Shown here in pieces: positions 39,301-54,300 of a DNA stretch of 64,000 bases. Numbering within the stretch: the first letter of the stretch is position 1; each line of letters starts with the position of its first letter. The position numbers were made by a program, and so were the translations under genes. A model generated the notes under the pieces. The model worked only from the letters and a program-made list of their open reading frames with translations. It had not been told where the DNA came from and made no database searches. The stretch is from Antedon mediterranea (Eukaryota > Animalia > Echinodermata), in NCBI RefSeq assembly GCF_964355755.1, contig NC_092671.1:13268001-13332000 (forward strand), in the 5' to 3' direction.

Positions 39301-42300
39301 GACTCAACAACAGGTTTGGATATAACAACACAGCAAGATTCTACAACAGTCGACGTAACTACTGATGAAGGTATAACAACTCAAGCCTCAACCACTTTGT
39401 TTGACTCAACAACAGGTGTGGATATAACAACACAGCAACAATCTACAACGGTTGACGTTACTACTGATGAAGGTATAACAACACAAGCTTCAACCACTTT
39501 GTTTGACTCAACAACAGGTGTGGATATAACAACACAGCAAGATTCCACAACAGTTGACGTTATTACTGATGAAGATATAACAACACAAGCTTCAACCACT
39601 TTGTTTGACTCAACAACAGGTTTGGATATAACAACACAGAAAGATTCTACAACATTTGACGTTACTACTGATGAAGGTATAACAACACAAGCTTCAACCA
39701 CTTTGTTTGACTCAACAACAGGTGTGGATATAACAACACAGCAAGATTCTACAACAGTTGACGTAACTACTGTTGAATTACAAGCTTCAACCACATTGTT
39801 TGACTCAACAACAGGTTTGGATATAACAACACAGCAAGATTCTACAACAGTTGACGTAACTACTGATGAAGGTATAACAACACAAGCTTCAACTACATTG
39901 TTTGACTCAACAACTGGTTTGGATATAACAACACAGCAAGATTCTACAACAGTTGACGTAACTACTGATGAAGGTATAACAACTCAAGCCTCAACCACAT
40001 TGTTTGACTCAACAACTGGTTTGGATATAACAACACAGCAAGATTCCACAACAGTTGAGGTAACTACTGATGAAGGTATAACAACTCAAGCCTCAACCAC
40101 TTTGTTTGACTCAACAACAGGTGTGGATATAACAACACAGCAAGAATCTACAACAGTTGACGTTACTACTGATGAAGGTATAACAACACAAGCTTCAACC
40201 ACTTTGTTTGACTCAACAACAGGTGTGGATATAACAACACAGCAAGATTCTACAACAGTTGACGTTACTACTGATGAAGGTATAACAACACAAGCTTCAA
40301 CCACTTTGTTTGACTCAACAACAGGTTTGGATATAACAACACAGAAAGATTCTACAACATTTGACGTTACTACTGATGAAGGTATAACAACACAAGCTTC
40401 AACCACATTGTTTGACTTAACAACAGGTTTAGATATAACAACACAGCAAGATTCTACAACAGTTGACGTTACTACTGATGAAGGTATAACAACACAAGCC
40501 TCAACCACATTGTTTGATTCAACAACAGGTTTGGATATAACAACACAGAAAGAGTCTACAACAGTTGACGTAACTACTGATGAAGGTATAACAACTCAAG
40601 CCTCAACTACATTGTTTGACTCAACAACAGGTTTAGATATAACAACACAGCAAGATTCTACAACAGTTGACGTAACTACTGATGAAGTACAAGCTTCAAC
40701 TACATTGTTTGACTCAACAACAGATTTGGATATAACAACACAGCAAGATTCTACAACAGTTGACGTAACTACTGATGAAGGTATAACAACACAAGTTTCA
40801 ACCACATTGTTTGACTCAACAACTGGTTTGGATATAACAACACAGCAAGATTCTACAACAGTTGACGTAACTACTGATGAAGGTATAACAACACAAGCTT
40901 CAACCACTTTGTTTGACGCAACAACAGGTGTGGATATAACAACACAGCAACAATCTACAACGGTTGACGTTACTACTGATGAAGGTATAACAACACAAGC
41001 TTCAACCACTTTGTTTGACTCAACAACAGGTGTGGATATAACAACACAGCAAGATTCCACAACAGTTGACGTTACTACTGATGAAAGTATAACAACACAA
41101 GCTTCAACCACTTTGTTTGACTCAACAACAGGTTTGGATATAACAACACAGAAAGATTCTACAACATTTGACGTTACTACTGATGAAGGTATAACAACAC
41201 AAGCTTCAACCACTTTGTTTGACTCAACAACAGGTGTGGATATAACAACACAGCAAGATTCTTCAACAGTTGACGTAACTACTGATGAAGTACAAGCTTC
41301 AACCACATTGTTTGACTCAACAACAGGTTTGGATATAACAACACAGCAAGATTCTACAACAGTTGACGTAACTACTGATGAAGTACAAGCTTCAACTACA
41401 TTGTTTGACTCAACAACAGATTTGGATATAACAACACAGCAAGATTCTACAACAGTTGACGTAACTACTGATGAAGGTATAAAAACACAAGCTTCAACCA
41501 CATTGTTTGACTCAACAACTGGTTTGGATATAACAACACAGCAAGATTCTACAACAGTTGACGTAACTACTGATGAAGGTATAACAACACAAGCTTCAAC
41601 CACTTTGTTTGACTCAACAACAGGTGTGGATATAACAACACAGCAACAATCTACAACGGTTGACGTTACTACTGATGAAGGTATAACAACACAAGCTTCA
41701 ACCACTTTGCTTGACTCAACAACAGGTGTGGATATAACAACACAGCAAGATTCCACAACAGTTGACGTTACTACTGATGAAGGTATAACAACTCAAGCTT
41801 CAACCACTTTGTTTGACTCAACAACAGGTGTGGATATAACAACACAGCAAGAATCTACAACAGTTGACGTAACTACTGATGAAGGTATAACAACACAAGC
41901 TTCAACTACATTGTTTGACTCAACAACTGGTTTGGATATAACAACACAGCAAGATTCTACAACAGTTGACGTAACTACTGATGAAGGTATAACAACTCAA
42001 GCCTCAACCACATTGTTTGACTCAACAACTGGTTTGGATATAACAACACAGCAAGATTCTACAAAAGTTGACGTAACTACTGATGAAGGTATAACAACTC
42101 AAGCCTCAACGACTTTGTTTGACTCAACAACAGGTGTGGATATAACAACACAGCAAGAATCTACAACAGTTGACGTTACTACTGATGAAGGTATAACAAC
42201 ACAAGCTTCAACCACATTGTTTGACTCAACAACAGATTTGGACATAACAACACAGCAAGATTCTACAACAGTTGACGTAACTACTGATGAAGTACAAGCT

Positions 42301-45300
42301 TCAACCACATTGTTTGACTCAACAACAGGTTTGGATATAACAACACAGCAAGATTCTACAACAGTTGACGTAACTACTGATGAAGTACAAGCTTCAACCA
42401 CATTGTTTGACTCAACAACAGGTTTGGATATAACAACACAGCAAGATTCTACAACAGTTGACGTAACTACTGATGAAGGTGTAACAACTCAAGCCTCAAC
42501 CACTTTGTTTGACTCAACAACAGGTGTGGATATAACAACACAGCAAGAATCTACAACAGTTGACGTTACTACTGATGAAGATATAACAACACAAGCTTCA
42601 ACCACTTTGTTTGACTCAACAACAGGTGTGGATATAACAACACAGCAAGATTCTACAACAGTTGACGTAACTACTGATGAAGTACAAGCTTCAACCACAT
42701 TGTTTGACTCAACAACAGGTTTGGATATAACAACACAGCAAGATTCTACAACAGTTGACGTAACTACTGATGAAGGTATAACAACACAAGCTTCAACTAC
42801 ATTGTTTGACTCAACAACTGGTTTGGATATAACAACACAGCAAGATTCTACAACAGTTGACGTAACTACTGATGAAGGTATAACAACTCAAGCCTCAACC
42901 ACATTGTTTGACTCAACAACTGGTTTGGATATAACAACACAGCAAGATTCTACAACAGTTGACGTAACTACTGATGAAGGTATAACAACTCAAGCCTCAA
43001 CGACTTTGTTTGACTCAACAACAGGTGTGGATATAACAACACAGCAAGAATCTACAACAGTTGACGTTACTACTGATGAAGGTATAACAACACCAGCTTC
43101 AACCACATTGTTTGACTCAACAACAGATTTGGATATAACAACACAGCAAGATTCTACAACAGTTGACGTAACTACTGATGAAGTACAAGCTTCAACCACA
43201 TTGTTTGACTCAACAACAGGTTTGGATATAACAACACAGCAAGATTCTACAACAGTTGACGTAACTACTGATGAAGTACAAGCTTCAACCACATTGTTTG
43301 ACTCAACAACAGGTTTGGATATAACAACACAGCAAGATTCTACAACAGTTGACGTAACTACTGATGAAGGTATAACAACTCAAGCCTCAACCACTTTGTT
43401 TGACTCAACAACAGGTGTGGATATAACAACACAGCAAGAATCTACAACAGTTGACGTTACTACTGATGAAGATATAACAACACAAGCTTCAACCACATTG
43501 TTTGACTCAACAACAGGTTTAGATATAACAACACAGCAAGATTCTACAACAGTTGACGTTACTACTGATGAAGGTATAACAACACAAGCCTCAACCACAT
43601 TGTTTGATTCAACAACAGGTTTGGATATAACAACACAGAAAGAGTCTACAACAGTTGACGTAACTACTGATGAAGGTATAACAACTCAAGCCTCAACTAC
43701 ATTGTTTGACTCAACAACAGGTTTAGATATAACAACACAGCAAGATTCTACAACAGTTGACGTAACTACTGATGAAGTACAAGCTTCAACCACATTGTTT
43801 GACTCAACAAAAGATTTGGATATAACAACACAGCAAGATTCTACAACAGTTGACGTAACTACTGATGAAGGTATAACAACACAAGCTTCAACCACATTGT
43901 TTGACTCAACAACAGGTTTGGATATAACAACACAGCAAGATTCTACAACAGTTGACGTAACTACTGATGAAGGTATAACAACACAAGCTTCAACCACTTT
44001 GTTTGACTCAACAACAGGTTTGGATATAACAACACAGCAAGATTCCACAACAGATGACGTAACTCCTGATGAAGGTCAAACAACACAAGCTTCAACGACT
44101 TTTTTTGACTCAACAACAGCTTTGGATAAAACAACACAGCAAGATTCTACAACAACAGCTGACGTAACTACTGATGAAGGTATAACAACACAAGCTTCAA
44201 CCACTTTGTTTGACTCAACAACAGGTGTGGATATAACAACACAGCAAGATTCTACAACAGTTGACGTTACTACTGATGAAGGTATAACAACACAAGCTTC
44301 AACCACTTTTTTTGACTCAACAACAGGTTTGGATATATCAACACAGAAAGATTCTACAACAGTTGACGTTACTACTGATGAAGGTATAACAACACAAGCT
44401 TCAACCACTTTGTTTGACTCACCAACAGGTGTGGATATAACAACACAGCAAGATTCTACAACAGTTGACGTAACTACTGATGAAGTACAAGCTTCAACCA
44501 CATTGTTTGACTCAACAACAGGTTTGGATATAACAACACAGCAAGATTCTACAACAGTTGACGTAACTACTGATGAAGTACAAGCTTCAACCACATTGTT
44601 TGACTCAACAACAGGTTTGGATATAACAACACAGCAAGATTCTACAACAGTTGACGTAACTACTGATGAAGGTATAACAACTCAAGCCTCAACCACTTTG
44701 TTTGACTCAACAACAGGTGTGGATATAACAACACAGCAAGAATCTACAACAGTTGACGTTACTACTGATGAAGATATAACAACACAAGCTTCAACCACAT
44801 TGTTTGACTCAACAACAGGTTTAGATATAACAACACAGCAAGATTCTACAACAGTTGACGTTACTACTGATGAAGGTATAACAACACAAGCCTCAACCAC
44901 ATTGTTTGATTCAACAACAGGTTTGGATATAACAACACAGAAAAAGTCTACAACAGTTGACGTAACTACTGATGAAGGTATAACAACTCAAGCCTCAACT
45001 ACATTGTTTGACTCAACAACAGGTTTAGATATAACAACACAGCAAGATTCTACAACAGTTGACGTAACTACTGATGAAGTACAAGCTTCAACCACATTGT
45101 TTGACTCAACAACAGATTTGGATATAACAACACAGCAAGATTCTACAACAGTTGACGTAACTACTGATGAAGGTATAACAACACAAGCTTCAACCACATT
45201 GTTTGACTCAACAACAGGTTTGGATATAACAACACAGCAAGATTCTACAACAGTTGACGTAACTACTGATGAAGGTATAACAACACAAGCTTCAACCACT

Positions 45301-48300
45301 TTGTTTGACTCAACAACAGGTTTGGATATAACAACACAGCAAGATTCCACAACAGATGACGTAACTCCTGATGAAGGTCAAACAACACAAGCTTCAACGA
45401 CTTTTTTTGACTCAACAACAGCTTTGGATAAAACAACACAGCAAGATTCTACAACAACAGCTGACGTAACTACTGATGAAGGTATAACAACACAAGCTTC
45501 AACCACTTTGTTTGACTCAACAACAGGTGTGGATATAACAACACAGCAAGATTCTACAACAGTTGACGTTACTACTGATGAAGGTATAACAACACAAGCT
45601 TCAACCACTTTTTTTGACTCAACAACAGGTGTGGATATAACAACACAGCAAGATTCTACAACAGTTGACGTAACTACTGATGAAGTACAAGCTTCAACCA
45701 CATTGTTTGACTCAACAACAGGTTTGGATATAACAACACAGCAAGATTCTACAACAGTTTACGTAACTACTGATGAAGGTATAACAACTCAAGCCTCAAC
45801 CACTTTGTTTGACTCAACAACAGGTGTGGATATAACAACACAGCAAGAATCTACAACAGTTGACGTAACTACTGATGAAGTACAAGCTTCAACCACATTG
45901 TTTGACTCAACAACAGGTTTGGATATAACAACACAGAAAGATTCTACAACATTTGACGTTACTACTGATGAAAGTATAACAACACAAGCTTCAACCACTT
46001 TGTTTGACTCAACAACAGGTGTGGATATAACAACACAGCAAGATTCTACAACAGTTGACGTAACTACTGATGAAGTACAAGCTTCAACCACATTGTTTGA
46101 CTCAACAACAGGTTTAGATATAACAACACAGCAAGATTCTACAGCAGTTGACGTTACTACTGATGAAGGTATAACAACACAAGCCTCAACCACATTGTTT
46201 GATTCAACAACAGGTTTGGATATAACAACACAGAAAGAGTCTACAACAGTTGACGTAACTACTGATGAAGGTATAACAACTCAAGCCTCAACTACATTGT
46301 TTGACTCAACAACAGGTTTAGATATAACAACACAGCAAGATTCTACAACAGTTGACGTAACTACTGATGAAGTACAAGCTTCAACCACATTGTTTGACTC
46401 AACAACAGATTTGGATATAACAACACAGCAAGATTCTACAACAGTTGACGTAACTACTGATGAAGGTATAACAATACAAGCTTCAACCACATTGTTTGAC
46501 TCAACAACAGGTTTGGATATAACAACACAGCAAGATTCTACAACAGTTGACGTAACTACTGATGAAGGTATAACAACACAAGCTTCAACCACTTTGTTTG
46601 ACTCAACAACAGGTGTGGATATAACAACACAGCAAGATTCCACAACAGTTGACGTTACTACTGATGAAGGTATAACAACACAAGCTTCAACCACTTTGTT
46701 TGACTCAACAACAGGTTTGGATATAACAACACAGCAAGATTCTACAACAGTTGATGTCACTACTGATGAAGGTATAACAACTCAAGCCTCAACCACTTTG
46801 TTTGACTCAACAACAGGTGTGGATATAACAACACAGCAAGAATCTACAACAGTTGACGTTACTACTGATGAAGGTATAACAACACAAGCTTCAACCACTT
46901 TGTTTGACTCAACAACAGGTGTGGATATAACAACACAGCAAGATTCTACAACAGTTGACGTAACTACTGATGAAGTACAAGCTTCAACCACATTGTTTGA
47001 CTCAACAACAGATTTGGATATAACAACACAGCAAGATTCTACAACAGTTGACGTAACTACTGATGAAGTACAAGCCTCAACCACATTATTTGACTCAACA
47101 ACTGGTTTGGATATAACAACACAGCAAGATTCTACAACAGTTGACGTAACTACTGATGAAGGTATAACAACTCAAGCCTCAACCACTTTGTTTGACTCAA
47201 CAACAGGTGTGGATATAACAACACAGCAAGAATCTACAACAGTTGACGTTACTACTGATGAAGGTATAACAACACAAGCTTCAACCACTTTGTTTGACTC
47301 AACAACAGGTGTGGATATAACAACACAGCAAGATTCTACAACAGTTGACGTTACTACTGATGAAGGTATAACAACACAAGCTTCAACCACTTTGTTTGAC
47401 TCAACAACAGGTGTGGATATAACAACACAGCAAGACTCTACAACAGTTGATGTAACTACTGATGAAGGTATAACAACTCAAGCCTCAACCACTTTGTTTG
47501 ACTCAACAACAGGTGTGGATATAACACAGCAAGAATCTACAACAGTTGACGTTACTACTGATGGAGGTATAACAACACAAGCCTCAACCACATTGTTTGA
47601 TTCAACAACAGGTGTGGATATAACAACACAGCAAGAGTCTACAACAGTTGACGTAACTACTGATGAAGGTATAACAACTCAAGCCTCAACTACATTGTTT
47701 GACTCAACAACAGGTTTAGATATAACAACACAGCAAGATTCTACAACAGTTGACGTAACTACTGATGAAGGTATAACAACACAAGCTTCAACCACTTTGG
47801 TTGACTCAACAACAGGTGTGGATATAACAACACAGCAAGATTCTACAACAGTTGACGTTACTACTGATGAAGGTATAACAACACAAGCTTCAACCACTTT
47901 GTTTGACTCAACAACAGGTTTGGATATAACAACACAGCAAGATTCTACAACAGTTGACGTTACTACTGGTGAAGGTATAACAAAACAAGCTTCAACCACT
48001 TTGTTTGACTCAACAACAGGTTTAGATATAACAACACAGCAAGATTCCACAACAGATGACGTAACTACTGATGAAGGTATAACAACACAAGCTTCTACCA
48101 CATTGTTTGATTCAAAAACAGGTTTGGATATAACAACACAGCAAGATTCTACAACAGTTGACGTTACTACTGATGAAGGTATAACAACACAAGCTTCAAC
48201 CACTTTGTTTGACTCAACAACAGGTTTGGATATAACAACACAGCAAGATTCCACAACAGATGACGTAACTACTGATGAAGGTATAACAACACAAACTTCT

Positions 48301-51300
48301 ACCACTTTGTTTGACTCAACAACAGGTTTGGATATAACAACACAGCAAGATTCTACAACAGTTGACGTTACTACTGATGAAGTTATAACAACACAAGCCT
48401 CAACCACATTGTTTGACTCAACAACAGGTTTAGATATAACAACACAGCAAGATTCTACAACAGTTGACGTTACTACTGATGAAGGTATAACAACACAAGC
48501 CTCAACCACATTGTTTGACTCAACAACAGGTTTAGATATAACAACACAGCAAGATTCTACAACAGTTGACGTAACTACTGATGAAGTACAAGCTTCAACC
48601 ACATTGTTTGACTCAACAACAGGTTTGGATATAACAACACAGCAAGATCCTACAACAGTTGACGTAACTACTGATGAAGGTATAACAACACAAGCTTCAA
48701 CCACATTGTTTGACTCAACAACTGGTTTGGATATAACAACACAGCAAGATTCTACAACAGTTGACGTAACTACTGATGAAGGTATAACAACTCAAGCCTC
48801 AACCACTTTGTTTGACTCAACAACAGGTGTGGATATAACAAGACAGAAAGATTCTACAACAGTTGACGTTACTACTGATGAAGGTATAACAACACAAGCT
48901 TCAACTACTTTGTTTGATTCAACAACAGGTTTGGATATAACAACACAGCAAGATTCCACAACAGATGACGTAACTACTGATGAAGGTCAAACAACACAAG
49001 CTTCAACGACTTTTTTTGACTTAACAACAGGTTTGGATAAAACAACACAGCAAGATTCTACAACAGTTGACGTTACTACTGATGAAGGTATAACAACACA
49101 AGCTTCAACCACTTTGTTTGACTCAACAACAGGTGTGGATATAACAACACAGCAAGATTCTACAACAGTTGACGTAACTACTGATGAAGTACAAGCTTCA
49201 ACCACATTGTTTGACTCAACAACAGGTTTGGATATAACAACACAGCAAGATTCTACAACAGTTGACGTAACTACTGATGGAGGTATAACAACTCAAGCCT
49301 CAACCACATTGTTTGACTCAACAACTGGTTTGGATATAACAACACAGCAAGATTCTACAACAGTTGACGTAACTACTGATGAAGGTATAACAACTCAAGC
49401 ATCAACCACTTTGTTTGACTCAACAACAGGTGTGGATATAACAACACAGCAAGAATCTACAACAGTTGACGTTACTACTGATGAAGGCATAACAACACAA
49501 GCTTCAACCACTTTGTTTGACTCAACAACAGGTGTGGATATAACAACACAGCAAGATTCTACAACAGTTGACGTAACTACTGATGAAGGTATAACAACTC
49601 AAGCCTCAACCACTTTGTTTGACTCAACAACAGGTGTGGATATAACAACACAGCAAGAATCTACAACAGTTGACGTTACTACTGATGAAGGTATAACAAA
49701 ACAAGCTTCAACCACTTTGTTTGACTCAACAACAGGTGTGGATATAACAACACAGCAAGATTCTACAACAGTTGAGGTTACTACTGATGAAGGTATAACA
49801 ACACAAGCTTCAACCACTTTGTTTGACTCAACAACAGGTTTGGGTATAACAACACAGCAAGATTCCACAACAGATGACGTAACTACTGATGAAGGTATAA
49901 CAACACAAACTTCTACCACTTTGTTTGACTCAACAACAGGTTTGGATATAACAACACAGCAAGATTCTACAACAGTTGACGTTACTACTGATGAAGGTAT
50001 AACAACACAAGCTTCAACCACTTTGTTTGACTCAACAACAGGTTTGGATATAACAACACAGCAAGATTCCACAACAGATGACGTAACTACTGATGAAGGT
50101 ATAACAACACAAGCCTCAACCACATTGTTTGACTCAACAACAGGTTTAGATATAACAACACAGCAAGATTCTACAACAGTTGACGTAACTACTGATGAAG
50201 GTATAACAACTCAAGCCTCAACCACTTTGTTTGACTCAACAACAGGTGTGGATATAACAAGACAGAAAGATTCTACAACAGTTGACGTAACTACTGATGA
50301 AGGTATAACAACTCAAGCATCAACCACTTTGTTTGACTCAACAACAGGTGTGAATATAACAACACAGCAAGAATCTACAACAGTTGACGTTACTACTGAT
50401 GAAGGTATAACAACACAAGCTTCAACCACTTTGTTTGACTCAACAACAGGTGTGGATATAACAACACAGCAAGATTCTACAATAGTTGACGTTACTACTG
50501 ATGAAGGTATAACAACACAAGCTTCAACCACTTTGTTTGACTCAACAACAGGTGTGGATATAACAACACAGCAAGATTCTACAACAGTTGACGTAACTAC
50601 TGATGAAGGTATAACAACTCAAGCCTCAACCACTTTGTTTGACTCAAAAACAGGTGTGGATATAACAACACAGCAAGAATCTACAACAGTTGACGTTACT
50701 ACTGATGAAGGTATAACAAAACAAGCTTCAACCACTTTGTTTGACTCAACAACAGGTGTGGATATAACAACACAGCAAGATTCTACAACAGTTGAGGTTA
50801 CTACTGATGAAGGTATAACAACACAAGCTTCAACCACTTTGTTTGACTCCACAACAGGTTTGGGTATAACAACACAGCAAGATTCCACAACAGATGACGT
50901 AACTACTGATGAAGGTATAACAACACAAACTTCTACCACTTTGTTTGACTCAACAACAGGTTTGGATATAACAACACAGCAAGATTCTACAGCAGTTGAC
51001 GTTACTACTGATGAAGGTATAACAACACAAGCTTCAACCACTTTGTTTGACTCAACAACAGGTTTGGATATAACAACACAGCAAGATTCCACAACAGATG
51101 ACGTAACTACTGATGAAGGTATAACAACACAAGCCTCAACCACATTGTTTGACTCAACAACAGGTTTAGATATAACAACACAGCAAGATTCTACAACAGT
51201 TGACGTAACTACTGATGAAGTACAAGCTTCAACCACATTGTTTGACTCAACAACAGGTTTGGATATAACAACACAGCAAGATCCTACAACAGTTGACGTA

Positions 51301-54300
51301 ACTACTGATGAAGGTATAACAACTCAAGCCTCAACCACTTTGTTTGACTCAACAACAGGTGTGTATATAACAAGACAGAAAGATTCTACAACAGTTGACG
51401 TTACTACTGATGAAGGTATAACAAGACAAGCTTCAACCACTTTGTTTGACTCAACAACAGGTTTGGATATAACAACACAGCAAGATTCCACAACAGATGA
51501 CGTAACTACTGATGAAGGTCAAACAACACAAGCTTCAACGACTTTTTTTGACTCAACAACAGGTTTGGATAAAACAACACAGCAAGATTCTACAAAAGTT
51601 GACGTTACTACTGATGAAGGTATAACAACACAAGCTTCAACCACTTTGTTTGACTCAACAACAGGTGTGGATATAACAACACAGCAAGATTCTACAACAG
51701 TTGACGAAACTACTGATGAAGTACAAGCTTCAACCACATTGTTTGACTCAACAACAGGTTTGGATATAACAACACAGCAAGATTCTACAACAGCTGACGT
51801 AACTACTGACGAAGGTATAACAACACAAGCTTCAACTACATTGTTTGACTCAACAACTGGTTTGGATATAACAACACAGCAAGATTCTACAACAGTTGAC
51901 GTAACTACTGATGAAGGTATACCAACTCAAGCCTCAACCACATTGTTTGACTCAACAACTGGTTTGGATATAACAACACAGCAAGATTCTACAACAGTTG
52001 ACGTAACTACTGATGAAGGTATAACAACTCAAGCATCAACCACTTTGTTTGACTCAACAACAGGTGTGGATATAACAATACAGCAAGAATCTACAACAGT
52101 TGACGTTACTACTGATGAAGGTATAACAACACAAGCTTCAACCACTTTGTTTGACTCAACAACAGGTGTGGATATAACAACACAGCAAGATTCTACAACA
52201 GTTGACGTAACTACTGATGAAGGTATAACAACACAAGCTTCAACCACTTTGTTTGACTCAACAACAGGTTTGGATATAACAACACAGAAAGATTCTACAA
52301 CATTTGACGTTACTACTGATGAAGGTATAACAACACAAGCTTCAACCACATTGTTGGACTCAACAACAGGTTTAGATATAACAACACAGCAAGATTCCAC
52401 AACAGATTACGTAACTACTGATGAAGGTATAACAACACAAACTTCTACCACATTGTTTGATTCGACAACAGGTTTGGATATAACAACACAGGAAGATTCT
52501 ACAACAGTTGACGTTACTACTGATGAAGGTATAACAACACAAGCTTCAACCACTTTGTTTGACTCAACAACAGGTTTGGATATAACAACACAGCAAGATT
52601 CCACAACAGATGACGTAACTACTGATGAAGGTATAACAACACAAACTTCTACCACATTGTTTGATTCGACAACAGGTTTGGATATAACAACACAGCAAGA
52701 TTCTACAACAGTTGACGTTACTACTGATGAAGGTATAACAACACAAGCTTCAACCACTTTGTTTGACTCAACAACAGGTTTGGATATAACAACACAGCAA
52801 GATTCCACAACAGATGACGTAACTACTGATGAAGGTATAACAACACAAACTTCTACCACTTTGTTTGACTCAACAACAGGTTTGGATATAACAACACAGC
52901 AAGATTCTACAACAGTTGACGTTACTACTGATGAAGGTATAACAACACAAGCCTCAACCACATTGTTTGACTCAACAACAGCTTTAGATATAACAACACA
53001 GCAAGATTCTACAACAGTTGACGTAACTACTAATGAAGTACAAGCTTCAACCACATTGTTTGACTCAACAACAGGTTTGGATATAACAACACAGCAAGAT
53101 TCTACAACAGTTGACGTAACTACTGATGAAGGTATAACAACACAAGCTTCAACCACATTGTTTGACTCAACAACTGGTTTGGATATAACAACACAGCAAG
53201 ATTCTACAACAGTTGACGTAACTACTGATGAAGGTATAACAACTCAAGCCTCAACCACTTTGTTTGACTCAACAACAGGTGTGGATATAACAAGACAGAA
53301 AGATTCTACAACAGTTGACGTTACTACTGATGAAGGTATAACAACACAAGCTTCAACAACTTTGTTTGACTCAACAGCAGGTTTGGATATAACAACACAG
53401 CAAGATTCCACAACAGATGACGTAACTACTGATGAAAGTCAAACAACACAAGCTTCAACGACTTTTTTTGACTCAACAACAGGTTTGGATAAAACAACAC
53501 AGCAAGATTCTACAACAGTTGACGTTACTACTGATGAAGGTATAACAACACAAGCTTCAACCACTTTGTTTGACTCAACAACAGGCGTGGATATAACAAC
53601 ACAGCAAGATTCTACAACAGTTGACGTAACTACTGATGAAGTACAAGCTTCAACCACATTGTTTGACTCAACAACAGGTTTGGATATAACAACACAGCAA
53701 GATTCTACAACAGCTGACAAAACTACTGATGAAGGTATAACAACACAAGCTTCAACTACATTGTTTGACTCAACAACTGGTTTGGATATAACAACACAGC
53801 AAGATTCTACAACAGTTGATGTCACTACTGATGAAGGTATAACAACACAAGCTTCAACTACATTGTTTGACTCAACAACTGGTTTGGATATGACAACACA
53901 GCAAGATTCTACAACAGTTGACGTTACTACTGATGAAGGTCAAACAACACAAGCTTCAACGACTTTTTTTGAATCAACAACAGGTTTGGATAAAACAACA
54001 CAGCAAGATTCTACAACAGTTGACGTTACTACTGATGAAGGTATAACAACACAAGCTTCAACCACTTTGTTTGACTCAACAACAGGTGTGGATATAACAA
54101 CACAGCAAGATTCTACAACAGTTGACGTAACTACTGATGAAGTACAAGCTTCAACCACATTGTTTGACTCAACAACAGGTTTGGATATAACAACACAGCA
54201 AGATTCTACAACAGTTGACGTAACTACTGATGAAGGTATAACAACACAAGCTTCAACCACATTTTTTGACTCAACAACTGGTTTGGATATAACAACACAG

